Below are positions 10,003-20,097 of a stretch of DNA of 56,084 nucleotides, in pieces. Every line of letters starts with the position of its first letter. Position 1 is the stretch's first letter. This DNA is from a bacterium (GTDB lineage: Bacteria > Bacteroidota > Ignavibacteria > UBA10030), in the NCBI GenBank assembly GCA_043803945.1, contig JAZDJN010000102.1, positions 1-56,084 of the forward strand. The letters are read 5' to 3'. Made by a program: the position numbers and the translations under genes. The notes beneath the pieces are model-generated. The model saw only the letters and a program-made list of their open reading frames with translations, was not told the origin of the DNA and made no database searches.

Positions 10003-10476
10003 ATGCCAGCCATTAATTGTCAAATCGTTGAAATCTGTGTGTTCAAAAAGCTTCATGACAGTATCCGCTATCTTCTTCTTAAACGATCTGCCGACGATGT
10101 ACTCTATCCAGGTATCTGGCAGCTCGTCACCGGAATGATGGAACCGTCTGAAACTGCAGTGCTGGCCGCGTTGCGTGAATTGTCGGAAGAAACCGGATTG
10201 GAGTTTAAAAATATTTGGGTTGTGCCTTTCGTAAATTCATTCTATGTTGTGTCCAGTGATACCGTTCATCTAAGCGTCTTTTTCGCTGTTGAGGTAGATT
10301 CCGATAGCGATCCCCGGTTGTCAACGGAGCATCAAGCGTGGGTCTGGTCGGAATATGAAGAAGCACAAAAGACTTTGATTTGGCCTGGTCAGAAACACGC
10401 TCTGGAGTTAACTCATCACTTTATTATTGGGAGTGAAGGGGCCAGTCAATTAGTCAGAGTGGATTTATCAAAGTAG
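10003..10476 (+). CDS. NUDIX hydrolase (NudB-like)
   Basis: WQLVTG..EPSET..AALRELSEETG Nudix box and L.TEH motif. Confidence 0.88.
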   Translation: MPAINCQIVEICVFKKLHDSIRYLLLKRSADDVLYPGIWQLVTGMMEPSETAVLAALRELSEETGLEFKNIWVVPFVNSFYVVSSDTVHLSVFFAVEVDSDSDPRLSTEHQAWVWSEYEEAQKTLIWPGQKHALELTHHFIIGSEGASQLVRVDLSK

Positions 10477-10492
10477 AGAAAGGAGTGTTCCC

Positions 10493-11407
10493 TTGGGTCT
10501 GCTTGTGGTTGGTTCGGTAGCTCTCGATTCTGTCGAAACCCCTTTTGGAAATGTCTCTGATGCCCTGGGAGGTTCGGCTGTCTATATTTCAGTAGCGGCA
10601 AGCTATTTCACAGCACCTGTACGCCTGGTGGCAGTGGTCGGTGGAGATTTTCCTCAAGCGCATCTCAAATTTTTTGAGGAACGAAATATCGATTTGGATG
10701 GATTACAGATCGTCCAGAATGGGAAAACGTTCCGCTGGGGAGGACGCTACCACTATGACCTCAACACCCGTGATACACTCTATACCAAACTGAACGTATT
10801 TCAATCGTTCAATCCGATGATTCCAAATGGATTTAAAAAGAGTGCTTATGTTTGTTTGGGGAATATTGACCCTATTCTTCAACGGCAAGCGCTGGAGAAA
10901 CTCAGTAAACCCCGGCTTGTCGTGGGCGACACGATGAATTATTGGATTGAAAGTATGCCCAAAGAATTGATGCAGACTCTGAAAGTGATGGATGTTCTTG
11001 TTGTCAATGATTCTGAGGCACGGCTTCTGACGAATGAACCAAATCTGATGAAGGCCGCAAAGAGAATTATTCAAATGGGACCTCGGATTGTCATCATAAA
11101 AAAGGGGGAGCATGGAGCATTGCTCGTGACCGAAGATACCATCTTTTCGGCCCCTGCTTATCCGCTTGAAAACATCTACGATCCAACAGGCGCCGGCGAT
11201 GCATTTGCCGGTGGGTTCGTCGGATGGCTGGCCCGAACCGATGACCTCTCTCCGGAAAATCTGAAGCGAGCGGTAATCTATGGAAGCACACTGGCTTCAT
11301 TCTGTGTCGAACGTTTCAGCATTGATGGATTGCGCGACTTGACCTACCTTCAAATTCAGGATCGGTATCGATCCTTTATGCAACTTTCGAGATTTGATGA
11401 GAGGTAA
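10493..11407 (+). CDS. PfkB family sugar/nucleoside kinase
   Basis: GGSA, N.SEA, KKGEHGA and DPTGAGDAFAGG motifs. Confidence 0.92.
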   Translation: MGLLVVGSVALDSVETPFGNVSDALGGSAVYISVAASYFTAPVRLVAVVGGDFPQAHLKFFEERNIDLDGLQIVQNGKTFRWGGRYHYDLNTRDTLYTKLNVFQSFNPMIPNGFKKSAYVCLGNIDPILQRQALEKLSKPRLVVGDTMNYWIESMPKELMQTLKVMDVLVVNDSEARLLTNEPNLMKAAKRIIQMGPRIVIIKKGEHGALLVTEDTIFSAPAYPLENIYDPTGAGDAFAGGFVGWLARTDDLSPENLKRAVIYGSTLASFCVERFSIDGLRDLTYLQIQDRYRSFMQLSRFDER

Positions 11408-11412
11408 AGACT

Positions 11413-12489
11413 ATGCGTACCATCGAGTGGGCGGAAGGAAAGGTACGCTTTCTTGATCAAGCGAAATTGCCTCTCGAAGAACAGTACATTGTTACCGATG
11501 ATGAATTAGTTGTTGCGCAAGCTATTCGAACTCTCGCAATTCGTGGAGCGCCGCTCATTGGAATCGCTGCGGCGTATGGCTTTGCGCTAGCTCTTCAGCG
11601 TGCCACCGAATCTCCAGATCAACAACGCTCTTCCCTCATTGAACGTGCGTATGATACATTCGCCGGAACACGCCCCACTGCAGTAAATCTTTTTTGGGCA
11701 TTAGAGAGAATCCGAGCTGCGGCGTATCATGCCATCACAAAACCCCGGCAGGAATTCCTTGCCTCCGTGTTGCTCGAAGCCCTTTCCCTCCATCGGGAAG
11801 ATGAAGCAATGTGTAAAGCGATCAGTGAACTCGGCTCGACCTTAATTCCCCCGGCAGCGACAATTCTGACTCATTGTAATACCGGCAGTCTGGCAACAGG
11901 CGGCCAGGGGACGGCATTAGGAATTATTGTGTCGGGATGGGAACAACACAAGCTGAAACACGTCTATATAGATGAAACACGGCCCCTCTTTCAGGGCGCT
12001 CGTCTGACGGCATGGGAATTGAAGAAACTCGAAATCCCTTGCACGTTGATCACAGACACAACAGCAGCATTCTTGATGCAGAGACGTGTGATCACTGCAA
12101 TCATCGTCGGGGCAGACCGCATAACACTAAACGGAGACGTGGCAAATAAAGTCGGCACGTATGGTTTGGCAGTTCTCGCACAATACCACAATATCCCATT
12201 GTATGTTGCAGCCCCTACATCGACAATTGATTTTGAAATGATGGATGGGAAACAGATCCCTATTGAACAGCGCAGCGGCAGGGAAGTGACCCATGTGAAA
12301 GATATACAGCTTGCGCCGGATGGAGTTGAGGTATATTCGCCGGCATTTGACATAACACCTGGCGAATTGATCACTGCCATCGTTACCGAGAAGGGTATCC
12401 TTCACGCTCCCTATCGAACTGCAATAGAAAATATTAAGAAGATGCAGGAGAGGGATACGGATGTCAGAACAGCCGGGACTTCGGAATAA
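11413..12489 (+). CDS. mtnA: S-methyl-5-thioribose-1-phosphate isomerase
   Basis: IRGAPLIG, RPTAVNL, THCNTGSLAT, ETRP.FQGARLT, ANKVGT and PAFDITP motifs. Confidence 0.95.
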   Translation: MRTIEWAEGKVRFLDQAKLPLEEQYIVTDDELVVAQAIRTLAIRGAPLIGIAAAYGFALALQRATESPDQQRSSLIERAYDTFAGTRPTAVNLFWALERIRAAAYHAITKPRQEFLASVLLEALSLHREDEAMCKAISELGSTLIPPAATILTHCNTGSLATGGQGTALGIIVSGWEQHKLKHVYIDETRPLFQGARLTAWELKKLEIPCTLITDTTAAFLMQRRVITAIIVGADRITLNGDVANKVGTYGLAVLAQYHNIPLYVAAPTSTIDFEMMDGKQIPIEQRSGREVTHVKDIQLAPDGVEVYSPAFDITPGELITAIVTEKGILHAPYRTAIENIKKMQERDTDVRTAGTSE

Positions 12490-12491
12490 CA

Positions 12492-13310
12492 ATGCTAGCC
12501 AAGACTGAAGCGATTGTTCTGAAATCTTCGAAGTTTCGTGATACGAGCAAGCTGGTCTATTTCTATTCACGGAACTACGGGAAACTCAAGGGGATTGCCA
12601 AAGGAGCCCGAACGTTGAAAAGTAAATTTGGGGCTTCTCTTGAGCCGATTACCAAAGTATCAGTTGTACTTTATAAAAAGGAGCAGAGGGATCTTCATTT
12701 GATCTCCCAGTGCGATACGCTCAAAGTGTATAAGCAGATTCATTCGGACTTCGAAAAAATACAAGTGGCACTTGCAATACTCGATCTAACCCATCAGCTT
12801 TCGCATGAGGAGGAGGAAAATTCCCGATTCTTTTTACTCCTTTCGGAAACACTCGATGAATTAAATTCGGCAGAGAAACAGTATCTCAATTTTTTCTATG
12901 CCTTCGTTCTCCGTCTGGGAGCAATTCTCGGCTTCTCGGCTCAGTTTGATCGCTGTCCAATATGTCATGAAGCAGTGGCGATGCATGATGAAAGGAGGGA
13001 ATTCATCTTTCGTGCTGACAAGGGTGCTGTTATGTGTCAGGCATGCAGCTATGCTCACCATCGAAGCCCCATGGGTGACAAGTTGGGCATTGCCGGCATT
13101 CTTCATCAGCCGCCATCACAGCCAATTTCTTTTCAGACCGTGCGAATCTTGCAGCGGTTGAATGCATCCAAACTGAGTGGTGTTGCCGCTCTTCACCTAG
13201 ATGGAAGGCACGGGAACGAAATGAATATGGTGGTTCGTTCTTATATACACTATCACTTTGAAGGGCTCAAGCCATTGAAAGCGTTGGAAATGGTGGGAGT
13301 TCATTGGTAG
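12492..13310 (+). CDS. recO: DNA repair protein RecO
   Basis: KTEAIVLK, GKL.GIAKGAR..KSKFG and Zn-binding CxxC...CxxC. Confidence 0.93.
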   Translation: MLAKTEAIVLKSSKFRDTSKLVYFYSRNYGKLKGIAKGARTLKSKFGASLEPITKVSVVLYKKEQRDLHLISQCDTLKVYKQIHSDFEKIQVALAILDLTHQLSHEEEENSRFFLLLSETLDELNSAEKQYLNFFYAFVLRLGAILGFSAQFDRCPICHEAVAMHDERREFIFRADKGAVMCQACSYAHHRSPMGDKLGIAGILHQPPSQPISFQTVRILQRLNASKLSGVAALHLDGRHGNEMNMVVRSYIHYHFEGLKPLKALEMVGVHW

Positions 13311-13374
13311 AAGTGTAGAGTAGATCATCAATAGTCCATTATTCACTAACTTAAATATTTTGGAGGTAAACATT

Positions 13375-14925
13375 ATGTCAACAAGGTCAGTAATCGCAGC
13401 AATATTACTCATCGGCCTTGGCATCGTATTTGGTGTAACGCTCATCTCAAGCTTCAAGGGTGTCGACTTGAGTTTCGCTGGTGAGGATGTCAGGCTGGGT
13501 GCACAAACGCAGGAGAAAACTCCACATCCCGCTTTGAAAGAGTTGAATGAAGCGTTCAATGCAATTGGGAAGGAGGTTACACCAACCGTCGTATTCATAA
13601 CCACCGAATCAGAAGTATCTACTGGATCAGCGGATCGGAACAATCCGATGTACAGATTCTTCGACCTTCCTACCCCACCTGAGAAACAAAAGCAGGTCGG
13701 TTCAGGCTCAGGATTTCTGATTACCGGCGATGGATATATTCTCACGAACAACCACGTTGTGGAGAATGCCACGGCAAATGGAATCGAAGTACAGCTTTCC
13801 GACCATCGCATCTTCAAGAAGGCGAAGGTTGTCGGGACCGATAAGACAACGGATATCGCCGTCATTAAAATCGATGCGAAAGATCTCCCCATGCCTCGTT
13901 TGGGAAATTCCGATCAACTGGAGGTTGGTCACATGGTCTTTGCCATGGGAAATCCAGGATTTGGTGGATCGTTGATGCTCCTATCCTCCATGACTCAAGG
14001 AATAGTCAGTGCGCTTGGACGACAATTGAGGATAATTGAAGACAACAGCGGGTTAGCGATAGAAGATTTCATTCAAACAGATGCAGTGGTGAATCGCGGA
14101 AATAGCGGAGGGCCGCTGGTGAATATCAATGGAGAAGTTATTGGTATCAATACCGCCATTGCCACCAGTACCGGATATTACCAGGGATATAGTTTTGCCA
14201 TCCCTATTAATCTTGCGAAGCGGGTTGCCATGGATATTATCAAGTACGGCCGCTTCAAAAGAGGATTCCTGGGAGTTCAAATTCAAACTGTCGATGCCGC
14301 CAAAGCCAAAGCCATTGGGCTCGATCGGCCGAAAGGTGTTCTGATCTATTCTGTAACGTCCGATGGATCGGCAGAGAAAGCCGGTGTAAAAGAGGGTGAT
14401 GTTATCCTGGCGGTTGATGGCGCTGAAGTGAACGCCAACAATCAACTGCAGAGATTGATTGCACTGAAATCTCCGGGAGAGACTGTTACACTCAGAATTT
14501 TCCGTGATGGCAAGACAATCGAGAAAAGAGTGACCTTGAAGGAAAATGTCTCTGTCCAAAACACGGCTTCGAACGATGAAACAGATCGTCAGGCAGATCG
14601 CGAGCGGAAAAGCAATGAAGTTGAAAAAGCTAAATCCGACCTTCTTGGTATCTCGATGAAAAACATCGATTCTAAAATTAAAAAAGAATACCAGATAGAG
14701 CAGGGTGTTCTTATTGAAAGCGTCGACCGGCTTGGAGCTGCAGCTGCCGAAGGAATTCGTCCAAACGATGTTCTTATCAGTCTCGATAGGCAGCCTGCAA
14801 CATCGGTCACTCAGGTTAATGACATTCTCAAGAAGAAGAAGCCGGGGGATTCATTATTGATGAGGATTAAAAGCGCTGATAAATCTATAAAATTTATCGC
14901 CATGGAAATCCCCGAAAAAGAATAA
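13375..14925 (+). CDS. degP: Do/DegQ family serine endopeptidase with two PDZ domains
   Basis: GSGSGF, TNNHV, DIAV and QTDA.VNRGNSGGPL catalytic triad motifs; GGAGG RBS. Confidence 0.93.
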   Translation: MSTRSVIAAILLIGLGIVFGVTLISSFKGVDLSFAGEDVRLGAQTQEKTPHPALKELNEAFNAIGKEVTPTVVFITTESEVSTGSADRNNPMYRFFDLPTPPEKQKQVGSGSGFLITGDGYILTNNHVVENATANGIEVQLSDHRIFKKAKVVGTDKTTDIAVIKIDAKDLPMPRLGNSDQLEVGHMVFAMGNPGFGGSLMLLSSMTQGIVSALGRQLRIIEDNSGLAIEDFIQTDAVVNRGNSGGPLVNINGEVIGINTAIATSTGYYQGYSFAIPINLAKRVAMDIIKYGRFKRGFLGVQIQTVDAAKAKAIGLDRPKGVLIYSVTSDGSAEKAGVKEGDVILAVDGAEVNANNQLQRLIALKSPGETVTLRIFRDGKTIEKRVTLKENVSVQNTASNDETDRQADRERKSNEVEKAKSDLLGISMKNIDSKIKKEYQIEQGVLIESVDRLGAAAAEGIRPNDVLISLDRQPATSVTQVNDILKKKKPGDSLLMRIKSADKSIKFIAMEIPEKE

Positions 14926-14946
14926 TCAGTGTATGATTCATTCAGG

Positions 14947-14986
14947 AGCGCAGAATCATGGAGATGGTCCTGCGCTTTTTGTTTTT
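14947..14986 (+). terminator. Rho-independent terminator
   Basis: AGCGCAG...CTGCGCT hairpin followed by TTTTGTTTTT. Confidence 0.75.
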
Positions 14987-15075
14987 ACTACTCATTGATA
15001 CTCCCCCAAAATCTTACGTTATTAGTAATAGCTTCTCTCTTTTTTCATCACTTACGCTAGGCGAAGGACAACATC

Positions 15076-16254
15076 GTGATACGCTATCTCACTGCTGGTG
15101 AATCTCATGGACAGGCACTCGTGGGTATTGTGGAAGGTGTACCAGCCGGGCTTCCACTTTCCAATGTGTATATCAATCACCAATTAAAACGTCGGCAACT
15201 GGGCTATGGCCGCGGCGGACGAATGAAGATCGAATCCGACCACGTAAAAATTCTTTCCGGTGTGAGATTTGGAAAAACTCTCGGCTCGCCTATCGCATTG
15301 AGCATTAATAATAAGGATTGGAAGAATTGGATGGAGAGGATGGCAGTAGATCAGTCAGACATTGAGATTGAGAAAATCGTCATACCTCGTCCGGGGCACG
15401 TTGATTATGCAGGTATGCTTAAATATCGTTTTGATGATATCCGCAATGTTATAGAAAGGGCAAGTGCGCGCGAAACAGCGATGAGAGTTGCCTGTTGCTC
15501 AATAATGAGAAAATTGCTGGAAGAGTTCGAAATTCTTATTGGCAGCTATGTGATCAGAATAGGAAATGTTAATTCCATCAACAAGGCTAATATGAATGTC
15601 TTCAAAAATTCTAATGATAAGCGTCCACATAATCCCTTCGAACTATCTGAACAGGCAGATCTGTCCCCTTTGCGGATGTTAGACCCGGGGGCCGAAAGAC
15701 GTGCCGTTGAGTTGATAAAAAAGACAAAAAAATCGGGAGATTCTCTGGGTGGAGTATTTGAAGTCTCAGTTTCAGGCCTTCCTGTGGGACTTGGCAGTTA
15801 TGTCCAGCATGATCGTAAACTCGATGGTCTTTTGGCGCAAGCACTTATGTCGATTCATGCCGTTAAAGGGGTCGAAATTGGCATGGGATTTCGTACCGCT
15901 CAGCTTCCTGGATCTAAAGTTCATGATGGATTCGGTATCAAACAGGGGAAAATAATTCGTATTTCAAATAATGCGGGTGGTTTGGAAGGGGGTATTACAA
16001 ATGGGGAGTATCTCATTCTGAGGGTAGCGATGAAGCCAATATCAACGTTAGCAAAAGGCCTTCCATCAGTTGATTTGTCGAAGAAAGAGGTTGTAGTTGC
16101 TCGTTATGAAAGATCGGATGTCTGTGCGGTGCCGGCTTGTTCAGTGATTGGGGAGGCTGTGGTGGCACCTGTTCTGGCTAATGCTTTTCTGGAGAAATTT
16201 GGTGGAGATTCCATAGAAGAAATCAGGCATCGATACGGCTCAGAGAAGCTGTGA
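15076..16254 (+). CDS. aroC: Chorismate synthase
   Basis: TAGESHG, PRPGH, ERASARETA, NNAGGLEGG and RSDVC motifs. Confidence 0.97.
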   Translation: MIRYLTAGESHGQALVGIVEGVPAGLPLSNVYINHQLKRRQLGYGRGGRMKIESDHVKILSGVRFGKTLGSPIALSINNKDWKNWMERMAVDQSDIEIEKIVIPRPGHVDYAGMLKYRFDDIRNVIERASARETAMRVACCSIMRKLLEEFEILIGSYVIRIGNVNSINKANMNVFKNSNDKRPHNPFELSEQADLSPLRMLDPGAERRAVELIKKTKKSGDSLGGVFEVSVSGLPVGLGSYVQHDRKLDGLLAQALMSIHAVKGVEIGMGFRTAQLPGSKVHDGFGIKQGKIIRISNNAGGLEGGITNGEYLILRVAMKPISTLAKGLPSVDLSKKEVVVARYERSDVCAVPACSVIGEAVVAPVLANAFLEKFGGDSIEEIRHRYGSEKL

Positions 16255-16317
16255 GTGAGACATCTGATTCTCAGGGGGGCTATGAGTGGCATTGGATATC
16301 CTTCCACTTTTCCAATC

Positions 16318-16346
16318 TTGACTATGGTTGCAGGATCTGCTATATT
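16318..16346 (+). promoter_or_regulatory. Sigma70-type promoter with extended -10
   Basis: TTGACT-17 nt-TATATT preceded by TGc. Confidence 0.6.
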
Positions 16347-16463
16347 TTATAAGGCCAGAGTTTAGTGCCTTCAAGAAACTGTTCATTAAAACAACCTATG
16401 TCTTTGAAGGAGGTGCCAAAGAATTTCAGCGCTACCATAACTCAGATATCATCAAACGGCAAA

Positions 16464-16967
16464 ATGAACCGAAAGGTGCTCGTTCTGAACCATAATTATG
16501 AGCCTTTGAGTGTTTGCAACGTCAAGAAGGCGATTGTTCTGCTATACTTAGGAAAGGCAGAGATGATTGAGGCTCTCGATGGTAAATTGCTTCGTTCAGT
16601 CTCCAGGACGATGCCATTTCCCAGCATCGTCCGGCTCTCGCTCTATGTACGGATTCCGTATAAGCGAATCGTCCTTTCAAGAAAGAACATTCTGCGGCGG
16701 GATGGGCACAAATGCCAGTATTGTGGAAGAGGAGATTATCCCTTGACGGTCGATCATATTCTCCCGAAAGCTCGCGGTGGTCAAGATACGTGGGAGAATC
16801 TTGTCTGTGCGTGTGTCCGATGCAATAATAAAAAAGGAGATCGGTTGCCTGCAGAATCACAAATGAATCTGCTTAGGAAGCCGATTCGTCCAAACCATGT
16901 TATGTTTATACGGGACTTCGTCGGAAGCGTAGACGATCGTTGGAAACCCTATTTATTCATGAACTAG
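16464..16967 (+). CDS. HNH endonuclease (solitary family)
   Basis: VLVLN..YEPL, RD.HKCQYCG, TVDHILP.ARGG..W.NLV.AC..CN.KK. Confidence 0.92.
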   Translation: MNRKVLVLNHNYEPLSVCNVKKAIVLLYLGKAEMIEALDGKLLRSVSRTMPFPSIVRLSLYVRIPYKRIVLSRKNILRRDGHKCQYCGRGDYPLTVDHILPKARGGQDTWENLVCACVRCNNKKGDRLPAESQMNLLRKPIRPNHVMFIRDFVGSVDDRWKPYLFMN

Positions 16968-17083
16968 CTGGTATGCCTCTAGTGATGGTGGGTGTTACTG
17001 CGTACTGAGAGATACGCTCAAAGGGTTTGTACGCCCTTTTCAGGTACTATTGAAGAAGGAGTTTTATCAATCTGAATCAGAGA

Positions 17084-18067
17084 ATGAAGAAAAAAATCTT
17101 GAGTGGAATGCGCCCCACAGGCAAACTGCATCTGGGTAATTATGTCGGTGCCTTAGAGAATTGGGTTTCTCTCCAACATGAATATCAAAATTATCATCTT
17201 ATCGCTGATTATCATTCACTAACGACTGATACAAACACTTCGGAAATTTATCAAAACTCCATTGACATGTTGATTGACTGGCTGGCATCGGGTCTCGACC
17301 CTCAGGCGAGTCCGATGTTTCGCCAATCACAAGTGAAGCAGCATACGGAGCTCCATCTCATTTTTTCAATGCTCATCACCACATCCAGGCTCGAACGGAA
17401 TCCGACTCTGAAGGAACAAGTTCGCGATCTGGAGATGGAAAATATCGTCTATGGACATCTGGGTTATCCGGTTCTGCAGGCAGCGGATATTTTATTATAC
17501 AAGGGAGATGTTGTACCGGTTGGTGAAGACCAAATGCCGCACATCGAAATGACCCGTGAGATTGCGCGTCGATTTAATCTGCTCTACGCTGCTGAACAAC
17601 CTGTGTTTCCAGAGCCGGAAGGGAAGCTCACGAAGTTTGCACGGCTGCCCGGGCTCGATGGACGGCGGATGAGTAAGTCTATTGGAAATACAATCCTCTT
17701 AAGTGATTCTCCGGAAACCATCAAGGCCAAGATGCGGAGTGCGGTAACGGATCCTCAAAAGATTCGTAAAGGTGACGCTGGCAGGCCGGATGTATGCCTT
17801 GTGTTTACCTATCACAATAAATTCAATCCGACAGAAGTAGAAGAGATTCGTACACACTGTGAGTCCGGAAAGCTTGGTTGTGTCGACTGTAAAATGAAAT
17901 GCACGAATACGATCAGTGAAGTGCTTGCTCCAATCCGCGAAAAGCGCTCATATTATGAGTCCCATCCTGATGAGGTGACGATGATCCTGGATGATGGCGA
18001 GCAGCGCGCCCGGACAATTGCTCAGCAGACCATGGATGAAGTCCATAGCGCTATGAAAATGGGCTGA
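17084..18067 (+). CDS. trpS: Tryptophan--tRNA ligase
   Basis: SGMRPTG.LHLGN, YPVLQAADIL, VPVGEDQ and RMSKS motifs. Confidence 0.97.
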   Translation: MKKKILSGMRPTGKLHLGNYVGALENWVSLQHEYQNYHLIADYHSLTTDTNTSEIYQNSIDMLIDWLASGLDPQASPMFRQSQVKQHTELHLIFSMLITTSRLERNPTLKEQVRDLEMENIVYGHLGYPVLQAADILLYKGDVVPVGEDQMPHIEMTREIARRFNLLYAAEQPVFPEPEGKLTKFARLPGLDGRRMSKSIGNTILLSDSPETIKAKMRSAVTDPQKIRKGDAGRPDVCLVFTYHNKFNPTEVEEIRTHCESGKLGCVDCKMKCTNTISEVLAPIREKRSYYESHPDEVTMILDDGEQRARTIAQQTMDEVHSAMKMG

Positions 18068-18075
18068 GAGAATTT

Positions 18076-18792
18076 ATGTACACTATTAAACTCCATGAAT
18101 TTGAGGGACCGTTAGATCTCCTGTTATTTTTCATCAAGCGCGATGAGCTGGATATCTATAACATTCCAATTTCCAGAATCACCAAGGAGTTCCTGGGATT
18201 TGTCCATTGCATGGAAGCTCTGGATCTTGAAATTGCCGGTGAATTTCTGGTCATGGCCGCTGAGCTGATGCAGATTAAGGTTCGGATGCTCTTACCTCCT
18301 GAACCAGGTGAGGAAGAAGAACTCGATCCGCGTGCAAACCTGGTGAAACGGCTTATCGAGTACAAACGTTTTAAGGAAGTCGCAAAAACAATGTCGACCC
18401 TCGAAGATCAGCAGCGGAAGATTTTTTATCGAGGGTATTACGATGCCGATCCGCACACGATTGTGGAGGAGGAGGATGAAAACATTCTACGCGATGTTTC
18501 ACTCTTCGATCTGATTGCCTCGTTTAAGTTCGCCATCGAGAGGATGCCGAAGAAATTTATCCACGAGATCGAGCGGCTGAATGTCTCGATTGATGAACAG
18601 ATCAATTACATTGTTGACTTTTTCTCACGTCGTTCTGAAGCGACGTTTTATGAATTGGTAAAGGATATGACTGAAAAGATTCGAATTGTTGTAACATTTA
18701 TCGCATTGCTCGAATTGATTCGGTCCAAAACCATCATTGTGCGGCAGGCAGCTCCTTTTGCAGACGTATCGATAATGCGAAGCGTGAATTGA
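18076..18792 (+). CDS. scpA: Segregation/condensation protein A (kleisin)
   Basis: FEGPLDLLL and VVTFIALLEL motifs. Confidence 0.95.
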   Translation: MYTIKLHEFEGPLDLLLFFIKRDELDIYNIPISRITKEFLGFVHCMEALDLEIAGEFLVMAAELMQIKVRMLLPPEPGEEEELDPRANLVKRLIEYKRFKEVAKTMSTLEDQQRKIFYRGYYDADPHTIVEEEDENILRDVSLFDLIASFKFAIERMPKKFIHEIERLNVSIDEQINYIVDFFSRRSEATFYELVKDMTEKIRIVVTFIALLELIRSKTIIVRQAAPFADVSIMRSVN

Positions 18793-18798
18793 GGTGTG

Positions 18799-20097
18799 AT
18801 GGCTGAAACGACAACAATAGCGATTGGAACAGCAGTACTCCAAATCCCGACGACATTGAAAAGTCTGATCGAGGGATTGATCTTTGCTGCTCATGAGCCG
18901 TTGACTGTAAAACAGATTCAGACTCTCTACGAATATGATGGGGTCGATGCGGTGCCTCGGAAACTCGCCGCTGATGAAGTTGAGAGTATCGTCAAAGAGT
19001 TGAATGATGAATATCATGCCTTCGACCGGCCGTACCGGATTATTCATATAGCCGGGGGATATCAGTTTGCGACACTTCAGAAATATGCCGAATGGCTGGG
19101 CAAACTATACAAAGAACAAAGCCGCCGGAAGCTTTCGCAATCTGCAGTTGAATCGCTTGCCATCATTGCCTACAAGCAGCCAATTTCCAAACCCGAAATC
19201 GAATCGATCCGTGGTGTCAATTGCGATTATGTCCTCAGGACACTGCTGGAGAAAGAACTTGTGACGATTGTTGGCAGAGCGCCCACTCCGGGCAGACCAT
19301 TACTCTACGGAACCACCCGCGATTTCCTGAAGCATTTCGGATTGAATGAAATCACAGACCTCCCAAGACCAAGGGAAATTGAAGAAATTCTTGGTGAGAG
19401 TCAGTTTGAAACTGAGCGCAGAATGCTCGAAGCTCAGCAGGGAATCCAGGATCAGGTGAAGGAAGAGGAAAATTTTAAATCACGCCTTCCACATATTCCC
19501 AAGCGAAAACCCGAGCTGGATAACGAAGTGAAAATTGTACCTCACCGGAAAACCCGCCAGATGAAAGTACAGCATTCTGAGGAGACCGCGGCAGATCAGA
19601 CGCAGCTTGAGTTGACTCCTCTCCAGGCAGAGGGTAGTACAGAAATTCAAAAATCCCAACTTCCCAGCTCTGGAGAAATGGAGGATTTTAGCCGTTCAGG
19701 GGAGCCGCCTCTTGTCCAGGAAGGTCAGACAAAACAAGAAGAACCTCAACTGGCTCATCACCCTCCTATTCTGTCGTCTGTAGAAGAAGAAATTACTGTC
19801 GAAGATCGCCCCGTAATGGAACAAGAATCTCTTATCGCGGCAGATCATGCTTCAGGACAAGATTCAAAACCAGGCTTCGAGAAGACACACACTCTCCAAT
19901 CCATTGAGGGCGAGGCTCATTCAGATGTGAAACCGGAGGGAGTTATCGATTCCGCGATCGAAGCGACAGCGACGGAAATTTCTCAATATACTAACCAACC
20001 CGATACGCCAGACCAACAACAAACCCCTAATCCCAAGTCGAGATGGCAAACGTGGAAAGAGAAGATTCAAGGATTCATCAAGAAGTTATTCGATTAA
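18799..20097 (+). CDS. scpB: SMC-Scp complex subunit ScpB with long C-terminal extension
   Basis: IEGLIFAA.EPL, AGGYQF.T, ESLAIIAYKQP, IRGV and GRP.LYGTT.DFL.HFGL; about 200 extra residues. Confidence 0.93.
   Translation: MAETTTIAIGTAVLQIPTTLKSLIEGLIFAAHEPLTVKQIQTLYEYDGVDAVPRKLAADEVESIVKELNDEYHAFDRPYRIIHIAGGYQFATLQKYAEWLGKLYKEQSRRKLSQSAVESLAIIAYKQPISKPEIESIRGVNCDYVLRTLLEKELVTIVGRAPTPGRPLLYGTTRDFLKHFGLNEITDLPRPREIEEILGESQFETERRMLEAQQGIQDQVKEEENFKSRLPHIPKRKPELDNEVKIVPHRKTRQMKVQHSEETAADQTQLELTPLQAEGSTEIQKSQLPSSGEMEDFSRSGEPPLVQEGQTKQEEPQLAHHPPILSSVEEEITVEDRPVMEQESLIAADHASGQDSKPGFEKTHTLQSIEGEAHSDVKPEGVIDSAIEATATEISQYTNQPDTPDQQQTPNPKSRWQTWKEKIQGFIKKLFD

Noticed and set aside
16464-16967. HNH nuclease as a defence or homing element
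   Set aside because: It matches a widespread solitary HNH family, lies between aroC and trpS, and has no methylase, intron or mobile context.
16968-17083. T-box leader upstream of trpS
   Set aside because: The region is too short and lacks a T-box consensus; only a small AAAGGG/CCCTTT hairpin is present.
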